Assembly (NCBI GenBank): GCA_046153645.1
Contig: JBJXGI010000105.1
Coordinates: 1-19,191, forward strand
Direction: 5' to 3'
Source: Elusimicrobiota bacterium
Lineage (GTDB): Bacteria > Elusimicrobiota > Elusimicrobia > F11
Length of the DNA stretch: 19,191 nt
Shown here: positions 9,301-15,438 of the stretch, piece by piece
Position numbering within the stretch: the stretch's first letter is position 1
Layout: every line of letters begins with the position of its first letter
Notes under the pieces: model-generated
Database searches by the model: none
What the model saw: only the letters and a program-made list of their open reading frames with translations
What the model was told of the DNA's origin: nothing
Made by a program: the position numbers and the translations under genes

Positions 9301-9693
9301 TTCGTTTAGCAGGTTTTTTGCTGCGTTTAATATCGTGGTCGGGGAAGCCGCTTTTCGATAAGGGGTGTAATTAAACGGGCCATAAGACCCTTCTATTCCC
9401 AATGTCAAGGTTGGGTTTTCTTCTGTCAATATTTTAAGTGACTCTGCCAAATTTTCTTGAGCTTCTTTATTAAGATGAATATCTTCAAGTAGATAGATGT
9501 GAGGACGCCCCGGAAGGGGGGAATCTCCTCTCATTCGGACAAATTTTTTCATTCTTAAGGCTGAGGTTTTTGCCGCGTTAATATAAGCGAAATTATCAAT
9601 TCGCCGTGTTAAAAATGACTGGTTTTCTTGACCAGCAAAGACACTTTGAAGTGGAATAATAAGAGAGATAAAAACGGCTATTAACCTTTTCAT
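1..9693 (-). CDS. Giant multidomain membrane protein (>=3231 aa, C-terminus runs off the window): SP / TIKI-like / M50 S2P / HExxH zincin / vWA / 2x AAA_5 / beta-propeller repeats
   Basis: Manual translation finds no stop from ATG at 9693 (MKRLIAVFISLIIPLQSVFAGQ..., signal-peptide-like) to position 1. The nearest upstream in-frame stop is at 9730-9732. Motifs in the same frame: HELAH, AGPALN, HETVH, DVSGSM, GDKSTGKN, WIAVDE, GEKGTGKT. Confidence 0.93.
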   Translation of the reverse strand, partial: MKRLIAVFISLIIPLQSVFAGQENQSFLTRRIDNFAYINAAKTSALRMKKFVRMRGDSPLPGRPHIYLLEDIHLNKEAQENLAESLKILTEENPTLTLGIEGSYGPFNYTPYRKAASPTTILNAAKNLLNEGRIGAASLAGLTLPHLLLKKLIIKGVESANLYSAHVDTYRKAMENEKEVQHEINLIETDLSKEASQYSTPIQSFLSLRKSFDHGQINMGDYLSTLIKKIPADDVPLSVETFLSAYQLEKRIPFQKAKQERDIILAKLTSVLSTNDQKTLLEVTQALQTHKIQQSALYEFLQALFSKYHLSLSKTPSFQSFIQYILLVDLIEPTEVMSNLFKIEQSFIKQIISNKKEKDFVSKNLWFGLLKKLITFSLTPEEWEQYKRYSSSPNVLIGDLDSRLKISGMTLKSFENFYHVAEKRNPVMLKNLGQNKMSALLVGGFHTAGLVELIKKQGTTVSILTPRISKIKTNSGTEALRYFLQEKSTLQKLFSGRKLFLGLPEGIGPIEPQKDAPTLRKDAPKLFYRLVNHVSQNNRFIRELKWGVAYTSLILISMSLSHFLKVHAPLWIMIAVVSVVLHELAHGWAAIYFGDRTPRDQGRLTLNFFSHWNNVREVIQSDQPIVKKIFSLLSAKPIEFKDENARVSIYLAGPALNIALASLGLLAQRIWGESLFLEMIISVNLVIALYNLLLGDGVQAAILAYQKLQKTGPPYKGLRGFSWQRFIPFRLSLSPDEKAQITKDIEDYRKTTLSLFQHIMSRDNKSFQIAVERAIELAKKIRIEVRSFEELKTLINKDNAKRLWPSHPEAKIPPVRAGEIWIAGNTEGLSEKMRSEITKAVDNLFDSFPENQKEDIKPFKNQFRINTINGNTIFIPDEIESMIKNNEPIEKMIAQLTLSLTLPNDKLIPDHLPLNKPHLEVSMQPREDVTLSREIAMHETVHGLSLRNVLQLPSSSEFAPMAVSMLELLRSVKPDAERFSIHEEIGGVRLLERAKAFAQANEPGKNISSGTDFENLQLIVGGFIIENWSDFDFESKEKAALTWMRGRQYAERKLGAFIGMVFHYWYSKQETSDSNPFPALRHLIEYANSGLAALYAEHNFEPIFMDKAREKKLTQYLTEEIQSLTGIAKLLVQPWKAKSPEDKQPQWRFTPELEGRPAIFEYPLRDFFNPDEEITKLQGLTQARVVLQQMKTTFINEENVDTLFQLLWGTAQTLIIEKDLIKQRPGLIETFERMVLNKYPNPKNPAAKTYMEKQPGIIQYLEGIMFQIRKGEPDPRVSDISAQKIKDSLNDWNELLDQETIKLQARQNVQDKHQMDPDRNPDLVEKEKISISLKIIREKIWPVLKEIFEADKKNFPDQNELDKAAQNMAQQLGGAGQQANQNSQAQQQMNQQFQNLKDMLEALGNEVPDIKDLAKKVAELAKQLGEKAKALPQEGNGNRPKTAHTMKDLAQQLAALAKLMANKTKQFSQGIQKTTENMKGSNNANQNATEMENAANQANQLSDQIAEAAKSLLDEIKKGTGEDTTGTQAKSQGIDGQSNQISDKANEVGDKADKAAELLQQLAEALSPTTNPGKPDGEDGKDSANKGEPQQGDLDSDLLKTLEDFGNKPGTPGSGGAGKGNSAQDWAERLEVSPQWAEHWMELRQAAMPLAQTLKNKWSPYFDALITEGKEGRQISGKKLDPDNVVGVFIDGKALERTSAPESLTVALELVLDVSGSMGGPFTNEGKLDFDSPLVQTAVAFIAQALAFIELNRSGKWRGLLNLNVGIRGYAAYANILILKAGQKITEKELAKSIEKLFSSRIDRAGTADAPTLKEASKDLKERTKGERAITLVIHGTDGNVASARPAVQDVFDDPSNKNIFYFTAGVGGGDTVKKTIEAVYKTDTNPHVFWSHANNPDELRTELTNNTTEMIKKASRKLRKAHDLSAPLLIFGSLTGLFSNGFLPPSLLLITIAILFVLTLNMLPPNSSNAQNNNDEKPPYEFENTSEITYFTLQDKFGQKVRLPVRNDTNKTLFTHKGIEWELERHRLSIKRPGNIPEIYGEWLGDRWVWYEQQTDGTVSGLGNGPPAELGLVLNENDIKVNDESGKEIFSGSLISPQVWGWKIDSSITTTQKFEKNVPSVQQVFKNGKLIPNQIRLTVEGQSRIITLTPTFLNQLADMMEVLSRPDPASTNLALTGDKSTGKNTAVYVLAAFLRQPVRTMSLHEDINEIDLLWKTTVGLFKPGTTDLFLSEYADSARVGDWIAVDEATKPRRIGALTALNTVNQNRRLRLPNGSVIKAGDHFRAFFLWNPPNGIYAGQSLDNVSDFLSRLSGVPFVYPSAVEQTKMYMAKILGSDSNITYKELEIPLSNQTALNPTTSKEKILVRNQNLKEEKNYQVTATKKLENPIFEKITLQLFNIAAAITAHANSNIGRNAGIPPMDPRQVKRTLDHIYAFPNDLAYVRDILLMDYPIFLLEESEQAGLKTKFDELCNQFLGGADKFNKHYLDQKEDPTIDPEWPRLNIKTITENGVTTKKRTIVFGNHQNGVPEFEIEQGNLPLSEAEVLEFLDTPTNRLDLYNMAKTIYLGFHYAVIGEKGTGKTESILYLYKGLLRQPLVQPPQITESMQGDDILGTQQIVDAKSHFPKTPLETALTDDLPINFSEFTKAKQSVMAALNNVMEYGFQTFAGGRTARAKAQGRKFHMVFDGNPATGSTQSNALSAEFSSRVRIFQRRPLNLKQLKSLIFTDQIRLKKEAIDNGFEWTDLTEETITALAQSQLNLLEAYRKSELGSPPDYRQIHRLIQNFGRYPLRLLEAESEYIREMIITDPDHERIALQAVRPMAQTRLQFYAKRRAKILNHSDDLGKSLGELFAGIESEIKTNGKHLFPEQKNETIDKVLEALTDESLKLLKEEDTTKLIIDKLGITDNDQKAAVTKWIKESQLHNSVSKQAKAFTIFTLQSEIEAKGIAENVHSQISTALKKLAPALVDLLINKTINALPTPEQISKLVNAFNPESIQDTLKKEINVITVIIKALDLVRNGTATVALNDAITKVSLYEIARKTYPKPQEPELGDISHWLSSVLGSEFAQTIIPLLIEMISLKMIDKETIRELFSETQLEKEKATATPTLFNWDNYTAKNADSISGFPRNGDPIPGLPDKTWNILSDLQLSPEGTKGWVWVVLDGKDQILECDRDLTTGALSNPKPLIKDGEPIPGMSGKTWNIQSNLQLSPEGTKVWVWVFLDDKHQILEC
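1320..2000 (-). other. Second AAA+ domain (MoxR/AAA_5-like) of the giant protein, degenerate Walker B
   Basis: Walker A GEKGTGKT (1948-1971); Walker B position PINFSE (1762-1779) followed by AALNNVMEYG; sensor-1 FHMVFDGNP; LSAEFSSR Arg finger (1573-1587). Confidence 0.8.
2400..3200 (-). other. First AAA+ domain (MoxR/AAA_5, dynein-related) of the giant protein
   Basis: Walker A GDKSTGKN (3139-3162); Walker B WIAVDE (2950-2967); HFRAFFLWNPPNGIYAG sensor-1 region; DFLSR Arg finger (2761-2775). Confidence 0.85.
3990..4800 (-). other. von Willebrand factor A (MIDAS) domain with CobT/midasin-like pre-vWA segment
   Basis: LVLDVSGSM (DxSxS within 4540-4557), GT (4273-4278) and VIHGTDG (TDG 4177-4185) supply all MIDAS positions. 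Preceded by SGKKLDPD. Confidence 0.85.
6720..6960 (-). other. Putative zincin-type metallopeptidase motif within the giant protein
   Basis: REIAMHETVHGL (HETVH 6868-6882, aa ~938), with downstream Glu candidates (SSSEFAPM). Confidence 0.5.
7570..8060 (-). other. Site-2 protease (peptidase M50) intramembrane domain within the giant protein
   Basis: Hydrophobic helix ending in VLHELAHGWAAIYFGDRTPRDQGRLTLN (HELAH 7936-7950), AKP, IYLAGPALN (7723-7740), VNLVIALYNLLLGDG (7603-7623). Confidence 0.88.
8290..9500 (-). other. N-terminal domain resembling the TIKI/TraB/ChaN/EreA fold, split by a helical insert
   Basis: IYLLEDIHLNKEAQ...LGIEG, KGVESANLY, FYHVAEKRNPVM and ALLVGGFHTAG (GGFH 8356-8367) follow the H...E...RN...GxxH pattern of that superfamily. 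Fold assignment is inference. Confidence 0.5.
8464..8525. repeat. 62-bp palindromic element (GTCATTCCCG-type, dRS3/Rickettsia-RPE-like) inside the giant CDS
   Basis: Two 31-nt arms centred on TCTAGA pair at 26/31 positions. Each arm is itself a hairpin (ATTCCCGA..TCGGGAAT; ATCCCCGA..TCGGGGAT). Confidence 0.8.
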
Positions 9694-9701
9694 GAACTTT
9701 G

Positions 9702-9735
9702 AGTATAGATGGTGGGCATTAAGATTTCCTTAAGA
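9702..9735 (-). promoter_or_regulatory. Probable promoter of the giant gene: -10 TATACT plus TCTTAA-N5-TCTTAA direct repeat in place of -35
   Basis: TATACT (9702-9707, minus) lies 8 nt upstream of the ATG. No Shine-Dalgarno. TTAAGA at 9719-9724 and 9730-9735, 11-bp period. Confidence 0.55.
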
Positions 9736-9797
9736 AAAGGTAACAAAGTTGTTAAATCTTTCACTGTCCCGGATCCAATAAATGGTTTTGTGGGTTT

Positions 9798-9818
9798 TGT
9801 GGATAAGCCTGTGGATAA
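9798..9818. promoter_or_regulatory. Two tandem consensus DnaA boxes
   Basis: TGTGGATAA (reverse complement of TTATCCACA) at 9798-9806 and 9810-9818, followed by an AT-rich tract. Confidence 0.7.
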
Positions 9819-9835
9819 CAATTAATAAATAATTC

Positions 9836-9864
9836 TTGACCTTTTAGCTCGCTCTAGGTAAATA
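9836..9864 (+). promoter_or_regulatory. Candidate sigma70 promoter for the cyclase gene
   Basis: TTGACC (9836-9841), 17-nt spacer, TAAATA (9859-9864); the -10 is imperfect. Confidence 0.4.
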
Positions 9865-9906
9865 TATGTGTGTTAGCAATTAAAACGGTTTAAATACGTT
9901 TTTTAG

Positions 9907-12090
9907 GTGCGAATGGACATACCCTTTCCTTTTCAAATGCGAAGTGTGTTCTTACTCTGGGTTCTTCTTTGTTCTATGATCAACCTGGTGTTAGGAGGAG
10001 TTGTTTTATTTGATAGCTCCGGACGCAAAGTAAATCGATTATTTTTTGTTCTTTGTCTTTTTCTTTCCTCTTTTGGCGTAACTCTCATTGGTCTTAACTT
10101 CAGTAACAATCCTTCTACTACTCTCCTTTGGTCTCGTCTTTATAATGCTTCTTTACTTTTTTGTTCGCCGCTCTTCTATCACTTTGTCATGGGGACGTTG
10201 GGAAATTCATTTAAAACACATGAATCCAAGCTGGCCGATTTTTTTGATCGTTTAAAACAACTGGCTTACGTTTTTTGTACTGGCTGGTTGGTGTTGATAT
10301 TTATGGGAATTGTTCCGATTTCTTTAAATAAGGACTTGAGTATCTATTTACCTGTCATTCAAAACCAAGAATGGGTTGGATTGTTTTTATTCGGAATTCT
10401 ATTGGGGACTGCTTTTGTGGCGTTATTGAGGCAATATTTGGTTTCACATGACCCGACACACCGAAGTCGAATGCTTTTCATCTTAATTGGAACAGGAACC
10501 ATGATGACAGCCGGAATTGTCAGTTCGATGTTTTTTTATATTCCTCACTTCCAAAACTTCGTGTTTCTCATCCCGCTCAGTCATTTTTTATCTACCATTG
10601 GTCTTGCTTTTATTGCCTATTGCTTAACCACGAGTCATCTGTACCACATCTCTGAACTCATAAGAAAAACATTGGCTTTTTTTGTTATGACAACTATTTT
10701 ATTAACGGTTTTTGGTGGTACTCATTTCTTGGCGGCTAAACTTTTGGTGCCCTATATTCCGCGCAGCGATTTTTTTGCCCTTGGGATGGCTTCCATTATT
10801 ATGGCTCTTCTTTTTCACCCACTTCGGTTTAGAGTTCAGAACATGGTTGATAAAGTTTTCTTCAGGCAGAGTTATGATCAAATGCAACGCTTGCGTCAAC
10901 TTTCTCGACGTGTTTTATCTTCAGCAGATCGTGATGAACTCTTAAATATTTTATTTTCTAGTTTAAAAGGAATTGGTTTTAATTCTGTCAGTCTCCTTTT
11001 GAAAGATCCACAAAAACCAATTTTTCATATCAAAAAAGGGGTCGGCCTTAACCCCAATTCAGAAGGGTTTTTTCTGAAAACAGATTCACTTCTTATTCAG
11101 CATGTTCGTGAAGAAAAAGAAGAAGTTATTCGAGATGAAGTAACCAGGAGAATTTTGACTGACTGGGAACGTCAATCAATCTCTGATGAAATGGAAATTC
11201 TTCAGTCTGAAATTGCTTTTCCCTTGTTTTCTACTCGAAGACGGGCCTTGTTTGGTGTTATTACACTTGGAAACTCAGAACTTGGATATTCTTCCTATAA
11301 AGGGCGAAACGTATTTTGGTTGAAATCCGTTATTGATAATGCGGGAATTATGTTGGATAACTTTTACCATCAAGAACTTGCCAATGCGCTCATCCCTTAT
11401 GTTGGCAAAGCATGGGCAACTGAAATGCGCCGAAATAAAGAAGGTTTTAGGGAACGCTTGAGTGGACATCGAACCTGGGTTTCTGTTCTTATGGTAGACA
11501 TTAGGCATTTTACGCCTATGTCGGCGCGACTTGATCCTAAAGATGTTGTTGAACTTTTAAAAGAATTTCGCTCTCGCGTGGCGCCGGTGGTTTACCGTTA
11601 TCAAGGAACAATTGATAAATTTATTGGGGATGCCATTATGATTGTTTTTGGTTTACCTATTCTTCCGCCTTTACCCAATCAAGATAAAAACGCCGTTGAG
11701 TGCGCGCTAGAAATCATGAGAGAAATTGAAGCACTGAATATAAAACGGTATGAAGAATCAAAAAAGGAACCTATTTCAATTGGAATTGGAGTTTCTTCTG
11801 GCGAAGTGATAGCGGGAAATGTGGATTCTGGTGATCGTGTTGAATATACTGTCATTGGTGATGCCGCTAATATGGTCGCCCGTTTAGAAGATTTAGCAGG
11901 TGACAACCAAATATTATGTTCGCCAGCAACTTTTGAAAAGGTTCGCGAACATGTTATTGTGAATCCTTGGAAGCCGCGATACCTAACCGGATTTGAAGAA
12001 CAACTGGTCGTTTATGAACTGCTTGGCATGGTTGATGGTAACCAAACGACAGCCAGAACTGATGATCAATACCTCGCCGCTAACCAATAA
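9907..12090 (+). CDS. Membrane-bound class III adenylate cyclase (multi-TM N-terminal sensor, GAF-like middle, cyclase domain)
   Basis: Many hydrophobic helices in the first ~300 aa. Cyclase motifs VLMVDIRHFT, IDKFIGDAIM, GIGVSSGEVIAGN, EYTVIGDAANMVARLE. True start may be ATG 9913 or 9937. Confidence 0.9.
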   Translation: MRMDIPFPFQMRSVFLLWVLLCSMINLVLGGVVLFDSSGRKVNRLFFVLCLFLSSFGVTLIGLNFSNNPSTTLLWSRLYNASLLFCSPLFYHFVMGTLGNSFKTHESKLADFFDRLKQLAYVFCTGWLVLIFMGIVPISLNKDLSIYLPVIQNQEWVGLFLFGILLGTAFVALLRQYLVSHDPTHRSRMLFILIGTGTMMTAGIVSSMFFYIPHFQNFVFLIPLSHFLSTIGLAFIAYCLTTSHLYHISELIRKTLAFFVMTTILLTVFGGTHFLAAKLLVPYIPRSDFFALGMASIIMALLFHPLRFRVQNMVDKVFFRQSYDQMQRLRQLSRRVLSSADRDELLNILFSSLKGIGFNSVSLLLKDPQKPIFHIKKGVGLNPNSEGFFLKTDSLLIQHVREEKEEVIRDEVTRRILTDWERQSISDEMEILQSEIAFPLFSTRRRALFGVITLGNSELGYSSYKGRNVFWLKSVIDNAGIMLDNFYHQELANALIPYVGKAWATEMRRNKEGFRERLSGHRTWVSVLMVDIRHFTPMSARLDPKDVVELLKEFRSRVAPVVYRYQGTIDKFIGDAIMIVFGLPILPPLPNQDKNAVECALEIMREIEALNIKRYEESKKEPISIGIGVSSGEVIAGNVDSGDRVEYTVIGDAANMVARLEDLAGDNQILCSPATFEKVREHVIVNPWKPRYLTGFEEQLVVYELLGMVDGNQTTARTDDQYLAANQ

Positions 12091-12095
12091 TCATT

Positions 12096-12803
12096 GTGAT
12101 TTCATCAAAAAAAAATTCAGATAACAGAATCATTTTATTTATTAAATCCCCTGTGGCTGGAAAAGTAAAAACCAGACTTCAACCCGATTTATCTCCAGTT
12201 GAATCGGCCACTTTATATCAATCTTTCGCCCAAGACATTGTTTCGCAACTAATTGAGACGTTTGGTTCTCAAATGATTTCGGTTGCGTACCAATCTTTTC
12301 CTGAGTTTCCAGAATTGTCTTGGTTAAATTCAAAAGTTGAACTTCATCATTTTCCTCAAAACGGAAATGATTTAGGAGAAAAACTAATTCATGCTTTCAA
12401 AACCGTTTTTGACGATGGAGCCAAAAAAGTTATTGCCCTTGGAACCGACGCGCCTCATTTACCGTTATCCATCGTAACTCAAGCGTTTGAAAGTTTAGAC
12501 AATAATGATGTTGTTGTTGGGCCTTGTGAAGACGGTGGCTATTATTTGATTGGTCTTAATCATATGAATAAAAAAATTTTTGAAAATATTAACTGGTCCA
12601 CGTCAAATGTTTTACCTCAAACTCAAGCTGTATGTAAAAAGGAAGGAAAGAAAACATTTCTTCTGCCGATATATTATGATGTAGATGTTTTTGAAGATTT
12701 AAAAAGACTAAATTCTGATAAAAAAAATAATTTAGAAAAAGCGCCAAAGACGAGAATATTTTTAGATCATTTTTTCCGACGAACGCTTATTGACAGACCT
12801 TAG
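12096..12803 (+). CDS. DUF2064 / TIGR04282-family nucleotidyl-/glycosyltransferase (CofC-like)
   Basis: Motifs FIKSPVAGKVKTRL, QNGNDLGEKL, LGTDAP, VGPCEDGGYYLIG, INWST, DVD. Confidence 0.88.
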   Translation: MISSKKNSDNRIILFIKSPVAGKVKTRLQPDLSPVESATLYQSFAQDIVSQLIETFGSQMISVAYQSFPEFPELSWLNSKVELHHFPQNGNDLGEKLIHAFKTVFDDGAKKVIALGTDAPHLPLSIVTQAFESLDNNDVVVGPCEDGGYYLIGLNHMNKKIFENINWSTSNVLPQTQAVCKKEGKKTFLLPIYYDVDVFEDLKRLNSDKKNNLEKAPKTRIFLDHFFRRTLIDRP

Positions 12804-12818
12804 GCGGGAGGATAAACT
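12790..12818 (+). promoter_or_regulatory. Sigma70 promoter for korAB-sucCD
   Basis: TTGACA (12790-12795), 17-nt spacer, TAAACT (12813-12818). AAGGA RBS at ~12839 before ATG 12853. Confidence 0.7.
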
Positions 12819-12852
12819 AATCAAAAATGAGCTTATTTAAGGATGTGAATTC

Positions 12853-14574
12853 ATGCCAAGCAATCTAACATTTAGAATCGCCGGAGAAGGGGGAGAGGGT
12901 GTTATCTCTACCGGAGAATTGTTGACAACCGCTATTGCCAGAACCCGTCGAGATGTATTTACTTTTAGATCGTATCCCGCTGAGATTAAAGGCGGACCAG
13001 CCATGTTTCAAGTTCGATGCGCTGACCACCCTGTCCTTTCTGTTGGAGACAAATTAGACGTTTTAATCGCTTTTAACGAGGAAGCTGTTGATCTACATGC
13101 TGAAGACTTAAAGAGTGATGGCATTCTTATTTATGACTCTTCCATATTTGATCCTGAAAAAAAAGTGAGAGCCGGAACACAATTAATTGGAGCTCCTTTA
13201 ACCGCCATTGCAACAGAAGGCGTTGGACTTAAGAAATCTAAAAACATGGTGGCCTTATCACTTATCGCGCAAATGATCGGTGTTCCTTTAGATGGGATTA
13301 TTGCTCTTGTACAAGAAAAATTTGGGAAAAAAGGTTCTGAGATAATTGATAAAAACTTAAAAGCTGTTGAAGAGGGATATCGTTGGGCGGAAAGTCATCC
13401 GTTTGATAAAGACTTAAAAGTTCCTGTCAGTGAAAGAAAAGATAAAAAACTCGTTATGTCAGGAAATGAAGCCATGTCTGCTGGTGCTATTGCTGCTGGT
13501 TGTCGGTATTATGCCGGTTATCCTATTACGCCGGCTTCAGATATTTTAAGTTTTATGGAAAAAAGTTTGCCTAAGTTTGGCGGGGTTGCTATTCAAACCG
13601 AAGATGAAATTTCAGCCATTGCTTCGTGTGTGGGTGCCTCTTTTGCGGGAGCCAGTGTTTTAACCGCAACATCAGGGCCCGGTCTTTCTTTAATGGCAGA
13701 AATTTTAGGTTTGGCTTCTATGACGGAAACCCCCATTGTGATTGTTGATGCCCAGCGCTCTGGTCCTTCCACTGGAATGCCAACAAAAACGGAGCAATCT
13801 GACTTATCTTATGCAGTTCATATGGGGCACGGAGACGCCCCTCGAGTGGTGATGGCGCCCTCCAATGTAAAAGATTGTTTTTATGGAATGATTAAGGCTT
13901 ATTATATTGCTGAGAAATATCAAATTCCTGTTATTATGTTATCAGATCAATCTCTTTCCCATCGAACGCAAACATTTACTCGACCTCAAATTGAAAATCT
14001 CCAACTCCCTTCTCGTCTTAAAGCAAGTAAGAATGGCCACTTTAAAAGGTTTCTAGACACTGAAAATGGCGTGTCTCCTGTGGCTTTTCCAGGAGAAGAG
14101 GGTTTAAATTATGTGACTACCGGCCTTGAACATGATGAACAAGGGCATCCCAGCTGGGATATCAGTAATCATGAAAGAATGTCTGCAAAAAGACATAGAA
14201 AGTTAGATTTTATTTCTCGAGAAAAAGGGTTCACGCATAGAATGGGTGATGAACATGCCACTATTGGTATTATTTGTTGGGGATCAACGGAAGGTCCTGT
14301 TGAAGAAGCTATTAATGATGCGGCTCGACATGGAATTGAAGTAAAAGCTTTAACAATTAAGATGATTCATCCTCTCCCTGATGAAGAAATTCGCGGCTTC
14401 TTAGCAGGCCTCAAACATGTCATCGTTCCTGAAATCAATTATACGGGTCAGCTTTGTCAAATTTTAAGAGCAAAATATCTATTTCCATTTCAGTCGTTTA
14501 TTAAATGTGGAGGAGTTCCTTTTACTCCAAAAGAAATTTTGAATCGCATCGAGGAGGTGAAGCGTCGTGCCTGA
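12853..14574 (+). CDS. korA: 2-oxoacid (probably 2-oxoglutarate):ferredoxin oxidoreductase, alpha subunit (fused gamma-alpha)
   Basis: GEGGEGVIS, YPAEIKGG, YAGYPITPASD, EDEISA, TATSGPGLSLM, QRSGPSTGMPTKTEQSD; adjacent to sucCD. Confidence 0.93.
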   Translation: MPSNLTFRIAGEGGEGVISTGELLTTAIARTRRDVFTFRSYPAEIKGGPAMFQVRCADHPVLSVGDKLDVLIAFNEEAVDLHAEDLKSDGILIYDSSIFDPEKKVRAGTQLIGAPLTAIATEGVGLKKSKNMVALSLIAQMIGVPLDGIIALVQEKFGKKGSEIIDKNLKAVEEGYRWAESHPFDKDLKVPVSERKDKKLVMSGNEAMSAGAIAAGCRYYAGYPITPASDILSFMEKSLPKFGGVAIQTEDEISAIASCVGASFAGASVLTATSGPGLSLMAEILGLASMTETPIVIVDAQRSGPSTGMPTKTEQSDLSYAVHMGHGDAPRVVMAPSNVKDCFYGMIKAYYIAEKYQIPVIMLSDQSLSHRTQTFTRPQIENLQLPSRLKASKNGHFKRFLDTENGVSPVAFPGEEGLNYVTTGLEHDEQGHPSWDISNHERMSAKRHRKLDFISREKGFTHRMGDEHATIGIICWGSTEGPVEEAINDAARHGIEVKALTIKMIHPLPDEEIRGFLAGLKHVIVPEINYTGQLCQILRAKYLFPFQSFIKCGGVPFTPKEILNRIEEVKRRA

Positions 14575-15427
14575 AAATCCAATTCAAGTTAAACCTATGG
14601 AGTCTTACAAAAGTGAAGTTCCGGTAACCTGGTGCCCGGGATGTGGAGATTTTTCAGTTCTTCATGCTGTTTATAAAGCGCTTGGAATTTTAGGATACGA
14701 TACCAAGGATACGGTTATTTGTTCTGGCATCGGTTGTTCGGGACGTCTTCCTATTTTTACGACTTGTTACGGTTTTCATGGCGTTCATGGACGCGTCCTT
14801 CCCACAGCGATGGGAGTTAAACTGGCCAATCCCAAATTACATGTATTTGCCGTGGGTGGCGACGGAGATGGTTTAGCTATTGGTGGCGGCCATTTTTCTC
14901 ACGCGGCCAGACGAAATCTTGATATCACCTATATTATGTTAGATAACTCAACTTATGGTTTAACCAAAGGGCAATATTCACCAACAACAAGTAAAACTTC
15001 AAATATCAGAAGTATTCCCTACGGTGCCACAGATGACAGTATTAATCCCATTGGACTTGCTTTGGCCTATAACGCGTCATTTGTTGCGCGTGGATTTTCC
15101 GGTCAATTAAATCAACTTATTGATCTGATCGTTAGAGCCGCTAAACATCCCGGGTTTTCTTTTTTACATGTTATTTCACCCTGTGTTGTTTTTAATAATA
15201 CTTATCCTTATTACATGAAAAATGTAACCAAAATTCCGGATAACCACGATATAAAAAACAAAAGAGACGCTTTGAACTTATGGCAAGACCCTGATAAAAC
15301 CTACATTGGTGTATTTCATGATACCGAAGACCGTGATGCTTTATCAGCGCGCTACGAAAAAATGAAAGAAATGGCTCAAACCAATGGAAAAGGCAATTTA
15401 GAAAAGCTTTTGGATAATTACCGCTAA
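14567..15427 (+). CDS. korB: 2-oxoacid:ferredoxin oxidoreductase, beta subunit (TPP-binding)
   Basis: TWCPGCGD, SGIGCS, HGVHGR, GGDGDG, DNSTYGLTKGQ, SPCVVFN. GAGGAGG RBS; overlaps the korA stop. Confidence 0.93.
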   Translation: MPENPIQVKPMESYKSEVPVTWCPGCGDFSVLHAVYKALGILGYDTKDTVICSGIGCSGRLPIFTTCYGFHGVHGRVLPTAMGVKLANPKLHVFAVGGDGDGLAIGGGHFSHAARRNLDITYIMLDNSTYGLTKGQYSPTTSKTSNIRSIPYGATDDSINPIGLALAYNASFVARGFSGQLNQLIDLIVRAAKHPGFSFLHVISPCVVFNNTYPYYMKNVTKIPDNHDIKNKRDALNLWQDPDKTYIGVFHDTEDRDALSARYEKMKEMAQTNGKGNLEKLLDNYR

Positions 15428-15438
15428 TCTTAAAACTC

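Noticed and set aside
9694..9906. Definite oriC call
   Set aside because: Only two perfect DnaA boxes, no evident DnaA-trio run and no typical origin-flanking genes; kept only as a hypothesis.
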